A stretch of 64,000 bases of DNA from an uncultured bacterium (GCA_963977015.1 CAXBMO010000001.1:416001-480000); one strand, 5' to 3'. Shown: positions 9,608 to 19,401, numbered from the stretch's first letter. Notes: generated by a model from the sequence alone, not told the origin. Numbers and translations are program-made.

Positions 9608-12124
9608 TTACCGCCACTCGTGCTTGGGGTAGCGGCCTTTGAGGTCGCTTTTCACCGCTGCGTAGCTGTTCTCCCAGAATCCGGGCAGGTCTTCGGTGAT
9701 TTGCACGGGCCGCTGATTCGGAGCGAGGATTTCGATGCGCAGGGGGATGCGGCCATTGGCGAGACTGGGCGTTTCGGCGATGTCGTAAAGATGCTGGAGC
9801 CGGGCGGAAAGGACGGGTTTCGCGCCGATTTCATAACGGATGCGGGCGTGACGGCCATTCGGGAGGTCAATTCGTGTCGGGACCATGGAATCGAGCATCG
9901 GCAGTTGATGCGGGGCGAGAAATTGCCGCAGTTCGGGCCAGACTTCGCGGTCTTTGATCTGTTTGTAGCTGAGGGCGCCGAGACAGATTTGCTCGATGAC
10001 GGCGAGTTTGTCGTCGTCGCTGAAGGTGGGCAGTTCCAGCTCCGGCATGGCGTGGGCCAGGGTGCTGAGCCGGGCGATCCATTGCTCGACCTGGCGGTCC
10101 CACTTTTTGAGGATGAGGTTTCCGGCGATGACTTCGCGGGCGAGGATTTCGGCGGCTTTCTCTTCGGGCGGATCTTTGCTGGGTTTGCTCTCCAGGATGA
10201 GGTCGCGGTAGCGAATGACGTCGAGCGCGTCGACTTTTCGATCCCGGGGGTTCCATTCGGCGCTTCGTCCGGATTGGACCGCGTCCGAAAAGCGGGACTC
10301 GAGCAGTTCCCGGCTCACGGCGGTGTTGAGATTGAGCAGGACGTTCATCTCGCGTCCTTCGATTTCAGTGATTTCCGTGGCAATGAAGAGTTCGGCATCC
10401 ATGACGCAGCTCTCATCGCTTAGTTTGCCGCGCCGTCCGCCGGTCACTTCGCAACTGCGGTTGGAGCGATTGAGGCGTTTCGCGATTTGGTCGGGGAATC
10501 CTGCCAAAAGGCATTCGGCGATGGCTTGATCCGGGTGAAGTGGTGGACGGGGAGGGGATTTTCGCGACGCGGCGGGCTCGGCTTTGCGCAGGAGTTTGGC
10601 GAGTCGGTCGACTTCACGGGCGGCGTTGGCCTGGATTCCGGCGGAATCGCAACGGCGGGGATCGAAACCGAAGTCGCGGGCGGTGGCGAGGGCTCGCAGG
10701 GCGGGCAGAAAGTCGGAATCGTCGTCCGGCTCGGTGAATTCCTCGCGGCCGGAGTTGCGGCGCGGAAAAATCGGCTTCCCCTGGGTGAGGGCAACGATGT
10801 CGCACAGATTCTCAAAGCAGCCGAGGCGGCGACCCTCGACGAGGGCGCGGGCGTAGCGCGGAGTGACGGGAAACCGGGCCAGGGATCGCCCCAGATTCGT
10901 CAGCTGGCGAGCGGCGTCGAGCGCACCGAGGTCGATCAACAGTTGGGTGGCGCGGTCGAGTCCTGCTTCGTCCGGTTTCTCGAACCAATCGAAGTCTTCC
11001 ATGGATTCGACACCGGAGACGAGCAGGGTCAAAATGACTTCCGCCAGGTCCATTCGGTGGATTTCCGGAGGCGTTTGTGCTGGGCGTTTGGCGTGATCTT
11101 CCTCGCTCCAGAGGCGAATGCAGGTGCCGGGCGCGGTTCGGCCCGCTCTGCCGGAGCGTTGGTCGGCGCTGGCTTGGGAAATCTTCTGGATGGTGAGCGT
11201 GTTGATGCCGCGGCGCACGTCGTAATCCGCGATGCGGGCCAGGCCGGAGTCGATCACGAGCGTTACCCCGTCGATAGTGAGCGAAGTTTCGGCGACGTTG
11301 GTGGCGACGACGATTTTGGGGCGGGAACCCGGCCGAATGGCGCGGTCCTGCTCGGCGGGTTTCAGATCTCCGAAAAGAGGCAGGATATCGACGTTGCTGG
11401 TGTGGCGTTGTAGCGCGTCGATCGTTTTGCGGATTTCGTAGGCTCCGGGAAGAAAAATGAGGCAATCGCCCGGCGTCGTCCGGTTTTTGGCAAACGCCGA
11501 GTAGGTGCGGGCGATGTGATCCCAGATTTGGCCTTTTTGGCGTTCGCGCATCGGAGCATGGCTGATCTCAACCGGAAACGTTCGCCCTTCCGAGCTGAGA
11601 CGGGGGCAATCGCCGAGATAGGACTGGATTCCTTCGCCGTCGAGCGTGGCGGATGTGACCAAAATGGCGAGGTCTGGCCGGGATTCGCGTTGAATCTGGG
11701 TTGCCCGGGCCAAGGTGATGTCTCCAAAGAAGTGGCGCTCGTGAAATTCATCAAAGAGAATCGCGGAAACGCCCTGGAGAGTCGGGTCGCCGAGGATCTG
11801 GCGCAGAATTACCCCTTCGGTGACGTAGCGAATGCAGGTTTGGGCACTGACGTGGTTCTCGAAACGAACTTGATAGCCGACTTCATCTCCGACTTTCCCC
11901 TTTCGTTCTTCGGCGACGCGGCGGGCCAGCATTCGGGCGGCGACGCGGCGTGGCTGAAGCACGACGACTTCGCCATTCCCCAGGATTCCGCGATCGAGCA
12001 GAATCTGCGGAACTTGGGTGGACTTGCCGGAGCCGGTGGGCGCTTCCAGCACCAATCGAGGTCGTTGAGACTGGCTGCGGAGGGCCTCGACCAGCTCGTT
12101 TTCAATTTCGTAGATCGGTAACAT
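9608..12124 (-). CDS. hrpB: ATP-dependent RNA helicase HrpB
   Basis: APTGSGKST, DEFHER, SAT, ATNVAETSLTI, QRSGRAGR, and the HrpB C-terminal LKGRYPKHEW. Confidence 0.95.
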   Translation of the reverse strand: MLPIYEIENELVEALRSQSQRPRLVLEAPTGSGKSTQVPQILLDRGILGNGEVVVLQPRRVAARMLARRVAEERKGKVGDEVGYQVRFENHVSAQTCIRYVTEGVILRQILGDPTLQGVSAILFDEFHERHFFGDITLARATQIQRESRPDLAILVTSATLDGEGIQSYLGDCPRLSSEGRTFPVEISHAPMRERQKGQIWDHIARTYSAFAKNRTTPGDCLIFLPGAYEIRKTIDALQRHTSNVDILPLFGDLKPAEQDRAIRPGSRPKIVVATNVAETSLTIDGVTLVIDSGLARIADYDVRRGINTLTIQKISQASADQRSGRAGRTAPGTCIRLWSEEDHAKRPAQTPPEIHRMDLAEVILTLLVSGVESMEDFDWFEKPDEAGLDRATQLLIDLGALDAARQLTNLGRSLARFPVTPRYARALVEGRRLGCFENLCDIVALTQGKPIFPRRNSGREEFTEPDDDSDFLPALRALATARDFGFDPRRCDSAGIQANAAREVDRLAKLLRKAEPAASRKSPPRPPLHPDQAIAECLLAGFPDQIAKRLNRSNRSCEVTGGRRGKLSDESCVMDAELFIATEITEIEGREMNVLLNLNTAVSRELLESRFSDAVQSGRSAEWNPRDRKVDALDVIRYRDLILESKPSKDPPEEKAAEILAREVIAGNLILKKWDRQVEQWIARLSTLAHAMPELELPTFSDDDKLAVIEQICLGALSYKQIKDREVWPELRQFLAPHQLPMLDSMVPTRIDLPNGRHARIRYEIGAKPVLSARLQHLYDIAETPSLANGRIPLRIEILAPNQRPVQITEDLPGFWENSYAAVKSDLKGRYPKHEWR

Positions 12125-12224
12125 GAGGTCTCTGGTCCTGAATTTAGAACAGATCGGGGGAGTTTTGGAAAAAACTCGATTGTGATTTTGCGGGACACCG
12201 GGAAAGTAGCGCCCACTTGGAACA

Positions 12225-12521
12225 ATGGCTCTTGAACCGACAGAATCTCCCGAAGATCGCCAATTGGCTTGGATTGGAGACGCCGCATTGGCCTTGGTGG
12301 CGAGAGAATGGATCCTGGAAACCCAGGGGAAATTGGATGGGGAAGCGCATCGGCGCCTGACTTCGAACGAGTTTTTGCGGGCATTTGGCCATCCGACTTT
12401 GGTTGAGGCGGAATTGGGCGTTTTGTTCCAGAAACACGGATTGGATGCGGTGAGAGAGCGATTTCGGAATCGGTTTGTGCCAAAGTTTCGGGAATTTGGC
12501 GGTATTGACGCTTCGAAGTAA
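12225..12521 (+). CDS. Very small RNase III-domain (Mini-III-like) protein
   Basis: LAWIGDAAL signature, LTSN, VEAELG. No dsRBD. Confidence 0.65.
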   Translation: MALEPTESPEDRQLAWIGDAALALVAREWILETQGKLDGEAHRRLTSNEFLRAFGHPTLVEAELGVLFQKHGLDAVRERFRNRFVPKFREFGGIDASK

Positions 12522-12535
12522 TTAAATTTGGTTGG

Positions 12536-12555
12536 AAGTTAAGAATTCTTAACTT
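12536..12555. promoter_or_regulatory. Perfect 20-bp palindrome, candidate operator
   Basis: AAGTTAAGAATTCTTAACTT is its own reverse complement and is intergenic. Confidence 0.5.
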
Positions 12556-12556
12556 A

Positions 12557-13036
12557 ATGTGGGGCATGCTCCTTCGACTCGCTTGCCTGATGCTGATTTT
12601 CCCGTTTCTGGGATTGTCCGGCTGCTCCTTATTTGCGCCCAAACCGGTGCCGGAACGTTATCGAGCCAAGGTTACGTATCCCTCCTTTTCCAATCCCTCG
12701 CAGTATTCTTCAGTCCCAGCACCTCCGATGCCTGAGCCACCGAAGCAGGAAACCGCGAGTTACCAACCGGATGGGACTTCATTTGACCAGTGGGCGCCCG
12801 CCGAGAATTCGAAACCCGAGACCGAAAAGACTGAGGCTCCCGGGATCGATGTTCAGTCCCTTCCGTTTGCGATTGCGGTTCCTGGCGATCCCAACGTCGT
12901 GACGTTGCCTCCCGGACTCGGGTCAAATGCCGAAATCGACGTGACGGGAATCGCCCCCGGAACAGCGGTCGAAATTCCAGATCCGAACAAATCTGGAGCA
13001 ACGATCAAATTCAGAGTTCCTGAACCTGAGAGTTAA
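12557..13036 (+). CDS. Hypothetical Pro-rich lipoprotein
   Basis: Hydrophobic N-terminus with lipobox LSGC. Confidence 0.7.
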   Translation: MWGMLLRLACLMLIFPFLGLSGCSLFAPKPVPERYRAKVTYPSFSNPSQYSSVPAPPMPEPPKQETASYQPDGTSFDQWAPAENSKPETEKTEAPGIDVQSLPFAIAVPGDPNVVTLPPGLGSNAEIDVTGIAPGTAVEIPDPNKSGATIKFRVPEPES

Positions 13037-13779
13037 AGAGCGTCACTGACGTTGTCGAGTTCACTGAGAATCGCCTTGAGGTCATTGGCGAAAGGGCTGG
13101 TTTGAGCCAGTTGTTCGAGGTGGTCCCTTACTTTCGGATGTCGTTTGGCGTTAAAGGCTAATGACCAACGAGCGGCTTCGTACATCGCATAGCGAAACGC
13201 GTCTTCCCGGTATTTTTGGATGAGTTCATCGTCCTCTTTTTCTCGAGCATCAAGATACGCGTCCCTGGCCGCTTCAAATTGGGAGTAGCCCAAGACATTG
13301 ACAATTGGAGTGACGACGTTCACATCCCCTGAGCCATAGAAGTAGCCCCAACAGAGGTCCATTTCGAAAGCTTGGGTGATCTCAATTTCCAGGAGTGGTG
13401 CGGGTTTGGGCTGAGTGAGGAGATGGTCTTGGCGAATGGTTTTGAGGGCTTCTTTCGCGGATTCAGTATTTGCGCGATGGAGTGCATTCCCAAAGGCCTC
13501 CAGCTCGGCTTGCGATAACGAATCTGGATTTTTGAGCGCGATTTCGATCGTCTCCGGATACTTCTCGAACACAAAGCTGAGGAATCCGACAATGGGTTGG
13601 CGGCGATCAATATCTTCGAGGTTTTCGCGACTCTTCCAGTGCTCCAATGCGGTCTCAAACGAGCCGAGATTGTCGTTTTGGTAAAACTCCTGGAGCCATC
13701 GCGCCGCATTGAACGCGTGCGCTCCCCAAGGCTGGAGCAAGACCAACGCCACGAGTATTCGATAAAGCTGAATCGTCAT
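13033..13779 (-). CDS. Hypothetical secreted helical protein
   Basis: Signal peptide ending AHA; 248-aa ORF filling the gap. Confidence 0.7.
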   Translation of the reverse strand: MTIQLYRILVALVLLQPWGAHAFNAARWLQEFYQNDNLGSFETALEHWKSRENLEDIDRRQPIVGFLSFVFEKYPETIEIALKNPDSLSQAELEAFGNALHRANTESAKEALKTIRQDHLLTQPKPAPLLEIEITQAFEMDLCWGYFYGSGDVNVVTPIVNVLGYSQFEAARDAYLDAREKEDDELIQKYREDAFRYAMYEAARWSLAFNAKRHPKVRDHLEQLAQTSPFANDLKAILSELDNVSDAL

Positions 13780-13941
13780 TCCATGCGAGAGGATTTATCA
13801 GGGCCAGGGGTTTCCGGATTTACTCAGACCAAGGCTCCTGAAAGGGCCTACCGTTAAACTCGTGAAGGAACTGCTGGCAAACGAATTTCTGGAATCGAAA
13901 TGTCTTTGCAGAAATCGTGAAATGGGGTGCAGATTCCAAAC

Positions 13942-14409
13942 ATGAAACTCTGGAGTTCGCACGGTTTGATGCTGATTGCGATTTGTCTATCGGTGGGAGG
14001 ATGCAAAACGACACCTGCGGGTGATGGAATTGCTCAGTTCAACAGTGTGATTCTGCCCCACTTCCCCATTGGGCAGCCCGGAACCTTTGAGTTCAAAGTT
14101 CGGCACACCCGGCCCGTTTATCCTCACTGGATGTACTTCAAAACGCGCTCATCATCGAGTTTTTACCCCTATACTCCCTTCGACGAGGCCGTCTTTCGCG
14201 TCGAGATGGTGGGGCTGGATGGCAACGTCTTGAGTTCACGCATTATTCGGCCACGCGCACCGCGAATCGTGGATGAGGATGAATATCGAGTGGTCCTCTG
14301 GAACAAAAGATCAGTTTCAGCACGAACCGAGTTCCGGGTTCGAGTTGAAGTCTTGAGGCCATCCAAGCGGCCTTACGACAAAGCCAGGATTCATTTGGGA
14401 ACGCCTTGA
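13942..14409 (+). CDS. Hypothetical lipoprotein
   Basis: MKLW...LSVGGC lipobox-like sequence. Confidence 0.6.
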   Translation: MKLWSSHGLMLIAICLSVGGCKTTPAGDGIAQFNSVILPHFPIGQPGTFEFKVRHTRPVYPHWMYFKTRSSSSFYPYTPFDEAVFRVEMVGLDGNVLSSRIIRPRAPRIVDEDEYRVVLWNKRSVSARTEFRVRVEVLRPSKRPYDKARIHLGTP

Positions 14410-14553
14410 AGGCGGCTTTTTCTGTCAATGTCAGGGTGACGAACCGTGGCGATTGGCGAGGTAAATAATACAGATTCTTGGAAATTTGCGCTTTCCTCAC
14501 AGAATGATTTCGTGTAGACCTTTTTTATTAGCTTGAATCGAAAATGTCCTAAC

Positions 14554-14781
14554 ATGATTCCCAGCTGCAGATATGTCATTGTCTCAATGCTAGTGTTTGG
14601 ATTCGTTGCAGTTAGCAATGCATTGTCAACTTCTCCGATGTTCGAAGCATTGGCAGACACGAGAGAGGCGAATTCCGGGATTGCTTCCTCTTTTCAGATG
14701 GCGGCGGTGTTGGTCAGCCTGATTGTCTTGGGTTCGGCCTTTCGCAATAGTCGCCGGAGAGGCAAGTTTCACTCTGATTAG
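14554..14781 (+). CDS. Small membrane protein (two hydrophobic segments, basic tail)
   Basis: YVIVSMLVFGFVAV and MAAVLVSLIVLGSAF followed by RNSRRRGK. Confidence 0.45.
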   Translation: MIPSCRYVIVSMLVFGFVAVSNALSTSPMFEALADTREANSGIASSFQMAAVLVSLIVLGSAFRNSRRRGKFHSD

Positions 14782-14858
14782 ATTCTTGAGACCCTGCTGG
14801 AATGGCGCAATTTGAAGCGGAGTTTTGACAAGCTCGGCCGACGGTCCATCATTGGCTG

Positions 14859-16091
14859 ATGACCGGAAGAGTCCGCACCATTCTAACAACCCTGGTAGGG
14901 TGCGTGGGCTTCCTGTTTGCGCTGACGATTCCGTTCTGGATTTGGCCACTGGATTTGGAGGTTCAAAGCCGATTTTTTGATCCCGAGGGGCGCTGGGCAA
15001 GTGGCGAAGCTCCCTTTTGGCAATTTCTCTACCACTTTGGGACGCTGCCCGCCATCATCGTGGTTTTGGCGGCTTTGTTGGTATTTGTTCTCAGTTTCAG
15101 GGTTGAAAAGTTTGTCCCCTGGCGCAAGGCGGCCGCCTACCTCGTGCTGTGCATGGCGGTGGGGCCCGGCCTGCTGATCAATGTCGGATTCAAGGATCAT
15201 TGGGGGCGTCCCCGACCTCGAGATGTCGAAGTGTTTGGCGGTTCATATGCCCATGAGCGCGTCTGGATTGCAGATGGGAGCAGCCCGGGGAAAAGCTTCC
15301 CTTGTGGGCATTGTTCCATGGGATTCTATTTTTTGGGCTTGGCATTGCTATTCAGACGGTGGCGAACAGCTCTCGCAATATCGGGGTTTGCCGTGGTCTT
15401 TGGCGGACTGATCGGAATGGCTCGAATCGCTCAAGGTGGGCATTTTCTCAGCGACGTTATCTGGTCAGGGGGATTTTGCCTTTTGGCGAGCCTGGGACTG
15501 TTTTATGCGCTGGGTTTGGATCGATCGGTTCGTTTCGTGCCAAAATCGGGAGCGCAACTCAAGTTGCCTCCAAGTGTCGCCATTGGAGCTGGCTCGATTG
15601 GTGTTTGCGCACTGCTTTTCGTCGCACTGGGGACGCCGTATCACCGGGATGAAATGTTTTCCCCAAAAAATCTAGGTCGAGAAGAGAAATTAGAACTTTC
15701 GTTGGTTTTGGAAGGAGATGAACACAAGATCAGTGTTGTGGAGAATGGAACCGTGAGGATTCGGTCCATCGGAAATGGATTCGGACTACCGGGAAGCGCG
15801 ATCAAGATTGTGACCAAGGAAGAAAAATCGGAAGACGAGCTCTACTTTCAACTCAAACAGCGCCTCAGCGGATGGTTTACCGAGCTGCGGCAAGTCAACG
15901 AACTTCAAGTCCCTTCAGACTTCTCCGGAAATGTCAAAATCGTGATTCGATCTGGGGTTTTATCGGGCGATCTAAGGGAAATAAAGGGAGATCAGGATTG
16001 GAGAGTCTTCATTAATAACCCGAAAAATCTTCAAGTTGTCCCGTCTGGAGCCGAAACGTTCCAACTCCAGGTTATGCCTCTTGAAAACTGA
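14859..16091 (+). CDS. PAP2-family membrane phosphatase with C-terminal soluble extension
   Basis: KDHWGRPRP, SFPCGH and RIAQGGHFLSD (C1, C2, C3 motifs). Confidence 0.88.
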   Translation: MTGRVRTILTTLVGCVGFLFALTIPFWIWPLDLEVQSRFFDPEGRWASGEAPFWQFLYHFGTLPAIIVVLAALLVFVLSFRVEKFVPWRKAAAYLVLCMAVGPGLLINVGFKDHWGRPRPRDVEVFGGSYAHERVWIADGSSPGKSFPCGHCSMGFYFLGLALLFRRWRTALAISGFAVVFGGLIGMARIAQGGHFLSDVIWSGGFCLLASLGLFYALGLDRSVRFVPKSGAQLKLPPSVAIGAGSIGVCALLFVALGTPYHRDEMFSPKNLGREEKLELSLVLEGDEHKISVVENGTVRIRSIGNGFGLPGSAIKIVTKEEKSEDELYFQLKQRLSGWFTELRQVNELQVPSDFSGNVKIVIRSGVLSGDLREIKGDQDWRVFINNPKNLQVVPSGAETFQLQVMPLEN

Positions 16092-16267
16092 ATTGGGCGG
16101 CTGGGTAGAGGCCCGATTGCTTTCGAGTCATCGGGGGAGCTGAGGGGCGAAATATGGGTGGCTTTGCAGGAATATAGTTCGGAAATCTAAATATTTAGTA
16201 ATTATATTTTGATAATTATTAAAAACGCCAGAAATTGTATCCAGCAATTATCATCCTGTCTAATCTC

Positions 16268-17335
16268 ATGCAAAGCAACGCTTCACCTGCATCCAATCAA
16301 GGCGCACCTGCCTCCCCATTTGCCCCAACGCCGGCTCCAGGGATCAACGGTGTCGCGAAACCCGGGCAAAAATCGGAAGAGACTTTCGAAAACGCCATCA
16401 AGTCAAAACAGGAGCTCCTTCAGACGGCAAGCAAGCATCTCTACGAAGGTCTGAAAGCGTTGATCGAGGCGACTGCATTGGAAACTCAGGAAGCTGCGAA
16501 GTCCGTCGCAGCTCCTCAGGAAGAGAAGTGCGAGCCGGTTGCAGAGAAGGAGGCCGACATCCAGGTTGCCGAGAAGGAAACCGTTGAAACGGCTACCGAG
16601 AGCGAAGAGACCAAGCCCGCCTCTCCATCGATTTTGCCGTTTGCTCCTGCTTCGCAAAAGCCTGAAGAGACTGAGAAGCCGACCGAGGTTGAGGAGAAAG
16701 CAGCCCCTACATCCCCATTTACGGCAAGCTTCACCGGTAAGACCGAAGAGAAGCCGTTCGTTCCTCCATCAGCATTGGTTCCTGCAGATCAGGCAAAGTC
16801 GGCCTCGAAGCCTGAGCCCGCTCCAAGCATGCCAATTCCACCGTTTACGATGACGACTCCGGCGCCGCAGAGTCCGGCTGAGCCGTCCAGTCCGAGCCCT
16901 GAGCCGACGAATCCAAGTCCTTTTGCACCCGTCAAAAAGGCTGAGCCTCAGCCAACTGCCGAAGCGACATCTTCGATTCCACAGTTGCCCGTATTTGGCG
17001 CTCCTACGACGAGCTCCCAAGCTATTCCAGCTGCTCCTTCTCAAGATCAGCCAGCAGCAGGGCTTCCACAACTTCCACCCAGCCCGTTCACGATCAGCGC
17101 TGGAGCGACTCCGGCTCCTGCGGAGGGGCAGGCACCGGCAGCGGCTGGCCCGACATCACCGTTCACGGCACCCACTTCACTTCCGACCGGAGGATCACCA
17201 TTTGCCCCGGTTCCGCCAAGTTCGGCTGAACCAACGAAATCAGCCCCTGCAAATCCCGAGAACTCTCCGTTCAAAGCCCCGGGGGCGTCTCCTTTTCAGG
17301 AGACTCTTCCTCCCACCGGAGATTCCAAATCATAG
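16268..17335 (+). CDS. Pro/Ala/Ser-rich disordered protein with SPF repeats
   Basis: Long ORF with an AT-rich upstream region and a downstream terminator; eight SPF motifs. Confidence 0.75.
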   Translation: MQSNASPASNQGAPASPFAPTPAPGINGVAKPGQKSEETFENAIKSKQELLQTASKHLYEGLKALIEATALETQEAAKSVAAPQEEKCEPVAEKEADIQVAEKETVETATESEETKPASPSILPFAPASQKPEETEKPTEVEEKAAPTSPFTASFTGKTEEKPFVPPSALVPADQAKSASKPEPAPSMPIPPFTMTTPAPQSPAEPSSPSPEPTNPSPFAPVKKAEPQPTAEATSSIPQLPVFGAPTTSSQAIPAAPSQDQPAAGLPQLPPSPFTISAGATPAPAEGQAPAAAGPTSPFTAPTSLPTGGSPFAPVPPSSAEPTKSAPANPENSPFKAPGASPFQETLPPTGDSKS

Positions 17336-17367
17336 GATGCTCTTAGGCGCGTCAATCTAAGATTCCG

Positions 17368-17401
17368 AAGCGGCGAGTCAGATTCTGGCTCGCCGCTTTT
17401 T
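17368..17401 (+). terminator. Rho-independent terminator
   Basis: AAGCGGCGAGTCAG-ATT-CTGGCTCGCCGCTT hairpin followed by a T run. Confidence 0.8.
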
Positions 17402-17427
17402 GCGTGGTGGCTTTCCGGAAGCGGCCT

Positions 17428-18570
17428 CTATTTTTGCAGGCGTTCGAATTCCAGCTGAATGAACCGGTCGGTCATTCCGGAAAGGTAGTCGCAGGCGACT
17501 CTTTCAATTGGATCTCCCGCATGTTCTTCGGCGTAATCACCCATTTGCTCAGGATTCGAGAGACAAGCTTCGAACATCGTTTGGAGGAGATTGCACCCCC
17601 GTTGATTGGCTTCTGACACGGCCTCGTGATGATAAACGTTTCGATAGAGAAACTTTCTCAACTGGGCATTCGCGCGACGTAATTCCGGGCTGTAGGCAGC
17701 GAGTTTTTTCTCGTGCCTTCGCACATCGTCGCAGGTTTTGACTCCAGAGTTCTCGATTTGGCGCTGTGTTTCCGCGACAACGTCGGCTACCTCAAAATCG
17801 ATGAGACTTCGTATCACGTAGGTGACAAATCGCTTCCCTTTGAGATTCGGAAACAATTTCTTGACCCGATCGGCGCAGATTGACCAGATCTCAAGGTCTT
17901 CAAGTTGTTCAGCATCAATGAGTTGATAGTCCAGTCCGTCGTCTAAATCATGGCTGTAATAGGTTATTTCATCGCTTAAATTGGCGATTTGGGCCTCCAG
18001 CGATGGCATGGGGAACCGTTCCTCGAGATTTCCCTGGAAAGGTGGGCGCAAATAGCCGTTTTCATGTTTCCGCAGTCCCTCCAACACCTCGTAGGAAAGG
18101 TTGAGGCCGTCGAAAGCCGGGTATTTTCGCTCCAGTTTTTCGACGATTCTGAGACTCTGGAGGTTGTGCTCAAAACCTCCAAATTTGCGCATCAGCTCAT
18201 TGAGGCGTTCTTCGCCACAGTGTCCAAACGGCGAGTGGCCCAAATCATGGGACAACGCGATTGCCTCTGCCAAATCTTCATTCAGGCTCAACGCGCAGGC
18301 CAGGGTGCGACTGATCGAAGCCACCTCGATCGTATGAGTTAAGCGAGTCCGAAGGTGGTCTCCGGTTCCATTCAGAAAGACCTGGGTTTTGTATTCCAAT
18401 CGGCGAAATGCGCGCGAGTGAATGATACGCGCCCGATCGCGCTGAAACACAGTTCGATAGGGATGCTGTGGCTCAGGATGAACTCTACCGGCTGATTGAG
18501 ACGCCAACTGGGCGTAGGAAGCCAGAGAGCCACGCTCTTCGGTCTCCATTTGCTCCCGGGTCTTCAGCAT
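17428..18570 (-). CDS. dgt: Deoxyguanosinetriphosphate triphosphohydrolase (HD family)
   Basis: FQRDRARIIHSRAFRRLEYKTQVF, RTRLTHTIEV, HDLGHSPFGH, DYLSGMTD. Confidence 0.95.
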   Translation of the reverse strand: MLKTREQMETEERGSLASYAQLASQSAGRVHPEPQHPYRTVFQRDRARIIHSRAFRRLEYKTQVFLNGTGDHLRTRLTHTIEVASISRTLACALSLNEDLAEAIALSHDLGHSPFGHCGEERLNELMRKFGGFEHNLQSLRIVEKLERKYPAFDGLNLSYEVLEGLRKHENGYLRPPFQGNLEERFPMPSLEAQIANLSDEITYYSHDLDDGLDYQLIDAEQLEDLEIWSICADRVKKLFPNLKGKRFVTYVIRSLIDFEVADVVAETQRQIENSGVKTCDDVRRHEKKLAAYSPELRRANAQLRKFLYRNVYHHEAVSEANQRGCNLLQTMFEACLSNPEQMGDYAEEHAGDPIERVACDYLSGMTDRFIQLEFERLQK

Positions 18571-18600
18571 CGTTCATCAAGGCCCATTACGAGGTTGTCA

Positions 18601-18918
18601 TCAAGAGTCGCCATTCTTGTTGTCGAGATTTTTCGAATCCGATGCGCGAAGTTCTTGTGAAACCGAGAGCATGTCATAAGCGGCGAGAAGGAGCATCAAA
18701 ATCACGAGAATGAGGCAAAATCCCCAATAGGCAGTGAGAAAAAGAAGCGATTCGCTGAGTTCAGAATCCAGAACGGTCATGCCGATCAAGACGATTCCCA
18801 TTGCGACCAGGGCGAGCCAAAACATGAGGCGCCTTCTCAATTCCCGCGTCCGAATCACGACGAGTCCGGCGGCGACAGCGAGCTGGAGGAAAGAACGAGC
18901 TCGCTTCAATGGGGACAT
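18601..18918 (-). CDS. Small membrane protein
   Basis: Two to three hydrophobic helices; operon-like spacing between the NYN gene and dgt. Confidence 0.7.
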   Translation of the reverse strand: MSPLKRARSFLQLAVAAGLVVIRTRELRRRLMFWLALVAMGIVLIGMTVLDSELSESLLFLTAYWGFCLILVILMLLLAAYDMLSVSQELRASDSKNLDNKNGDS

Positions 18919-18934
18919 GCCTGAGAATATCCGA

Positions 18935-19378
18935 TTAAAGTTGCCAGCGCGAACGAAACTGAGACTCCGCTTGGTTCACGGATTGCAACAAGGCGTTCGT
19001 GGAGATCGCTTCGGCTCCAGCGGCAATGACCGCGTCTTGTTCCATGACGTCGTCTGTCGCGACGATCAGCGAGTAGATCGTCGCATATTTGTGAACAAAA
19101 CGCTCGATGACGTCATCTGCGGTTCGCTTGGAATCTGAGTAGAAAACCTGGATTCCCTTTGGAATGCTTTCTTCCTGAATTTTGGAGCCCCGGCCATCAA
19201 AAACGACCACAACCCGGGCGAAATCGGCAATGTCCTGATAGGACGTCAGTCTTTTACAAAGCTCCAAACGGGCCAAATTACGATTGCCCCTGAGGAGGTC
19301 AGCCAAGTCCTTCCACGCGTGAACGACATTGTTGCCATCCACGAGCAAAACTTTCTCCTTGGTGCCCAGCGTCGACAT
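18935..19378 (-). CDS. NYN-domain RNase (YacP/Rae1-like)
   Basis: LLVDGNNV, VVFDG, TADDVIE and VATDD acidic motifs. Confidence 0.85.
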   Translation of the reverse strand: MSTLGTKEKVLLVDGNNVVHAWKDLADLLRGNRNLARLELCKRLTSYQDIADFARVVVVFDGRGSKIQEESIPKGIQVFYSDSKRTADDVIERFVHKYATIYSLIVATDDVMEQDAVIAAGAEAISTNALLQSVNQAESQFRSRWQL

Positions 19379-19401
19379 TCTGGCCCAGGAAACTGGGAGG
19401 G

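Noticed and set aside
16210-16224. Fur box
   Set aside because: Only a partial match inside AT-rich DNA, with no iron-related gene adjacent.
17428-18570. dGTPase as an anti-phage defence system
   Set aside because: It looks like the short housekeeping type, in a core-gene context without defence or mobility genes.
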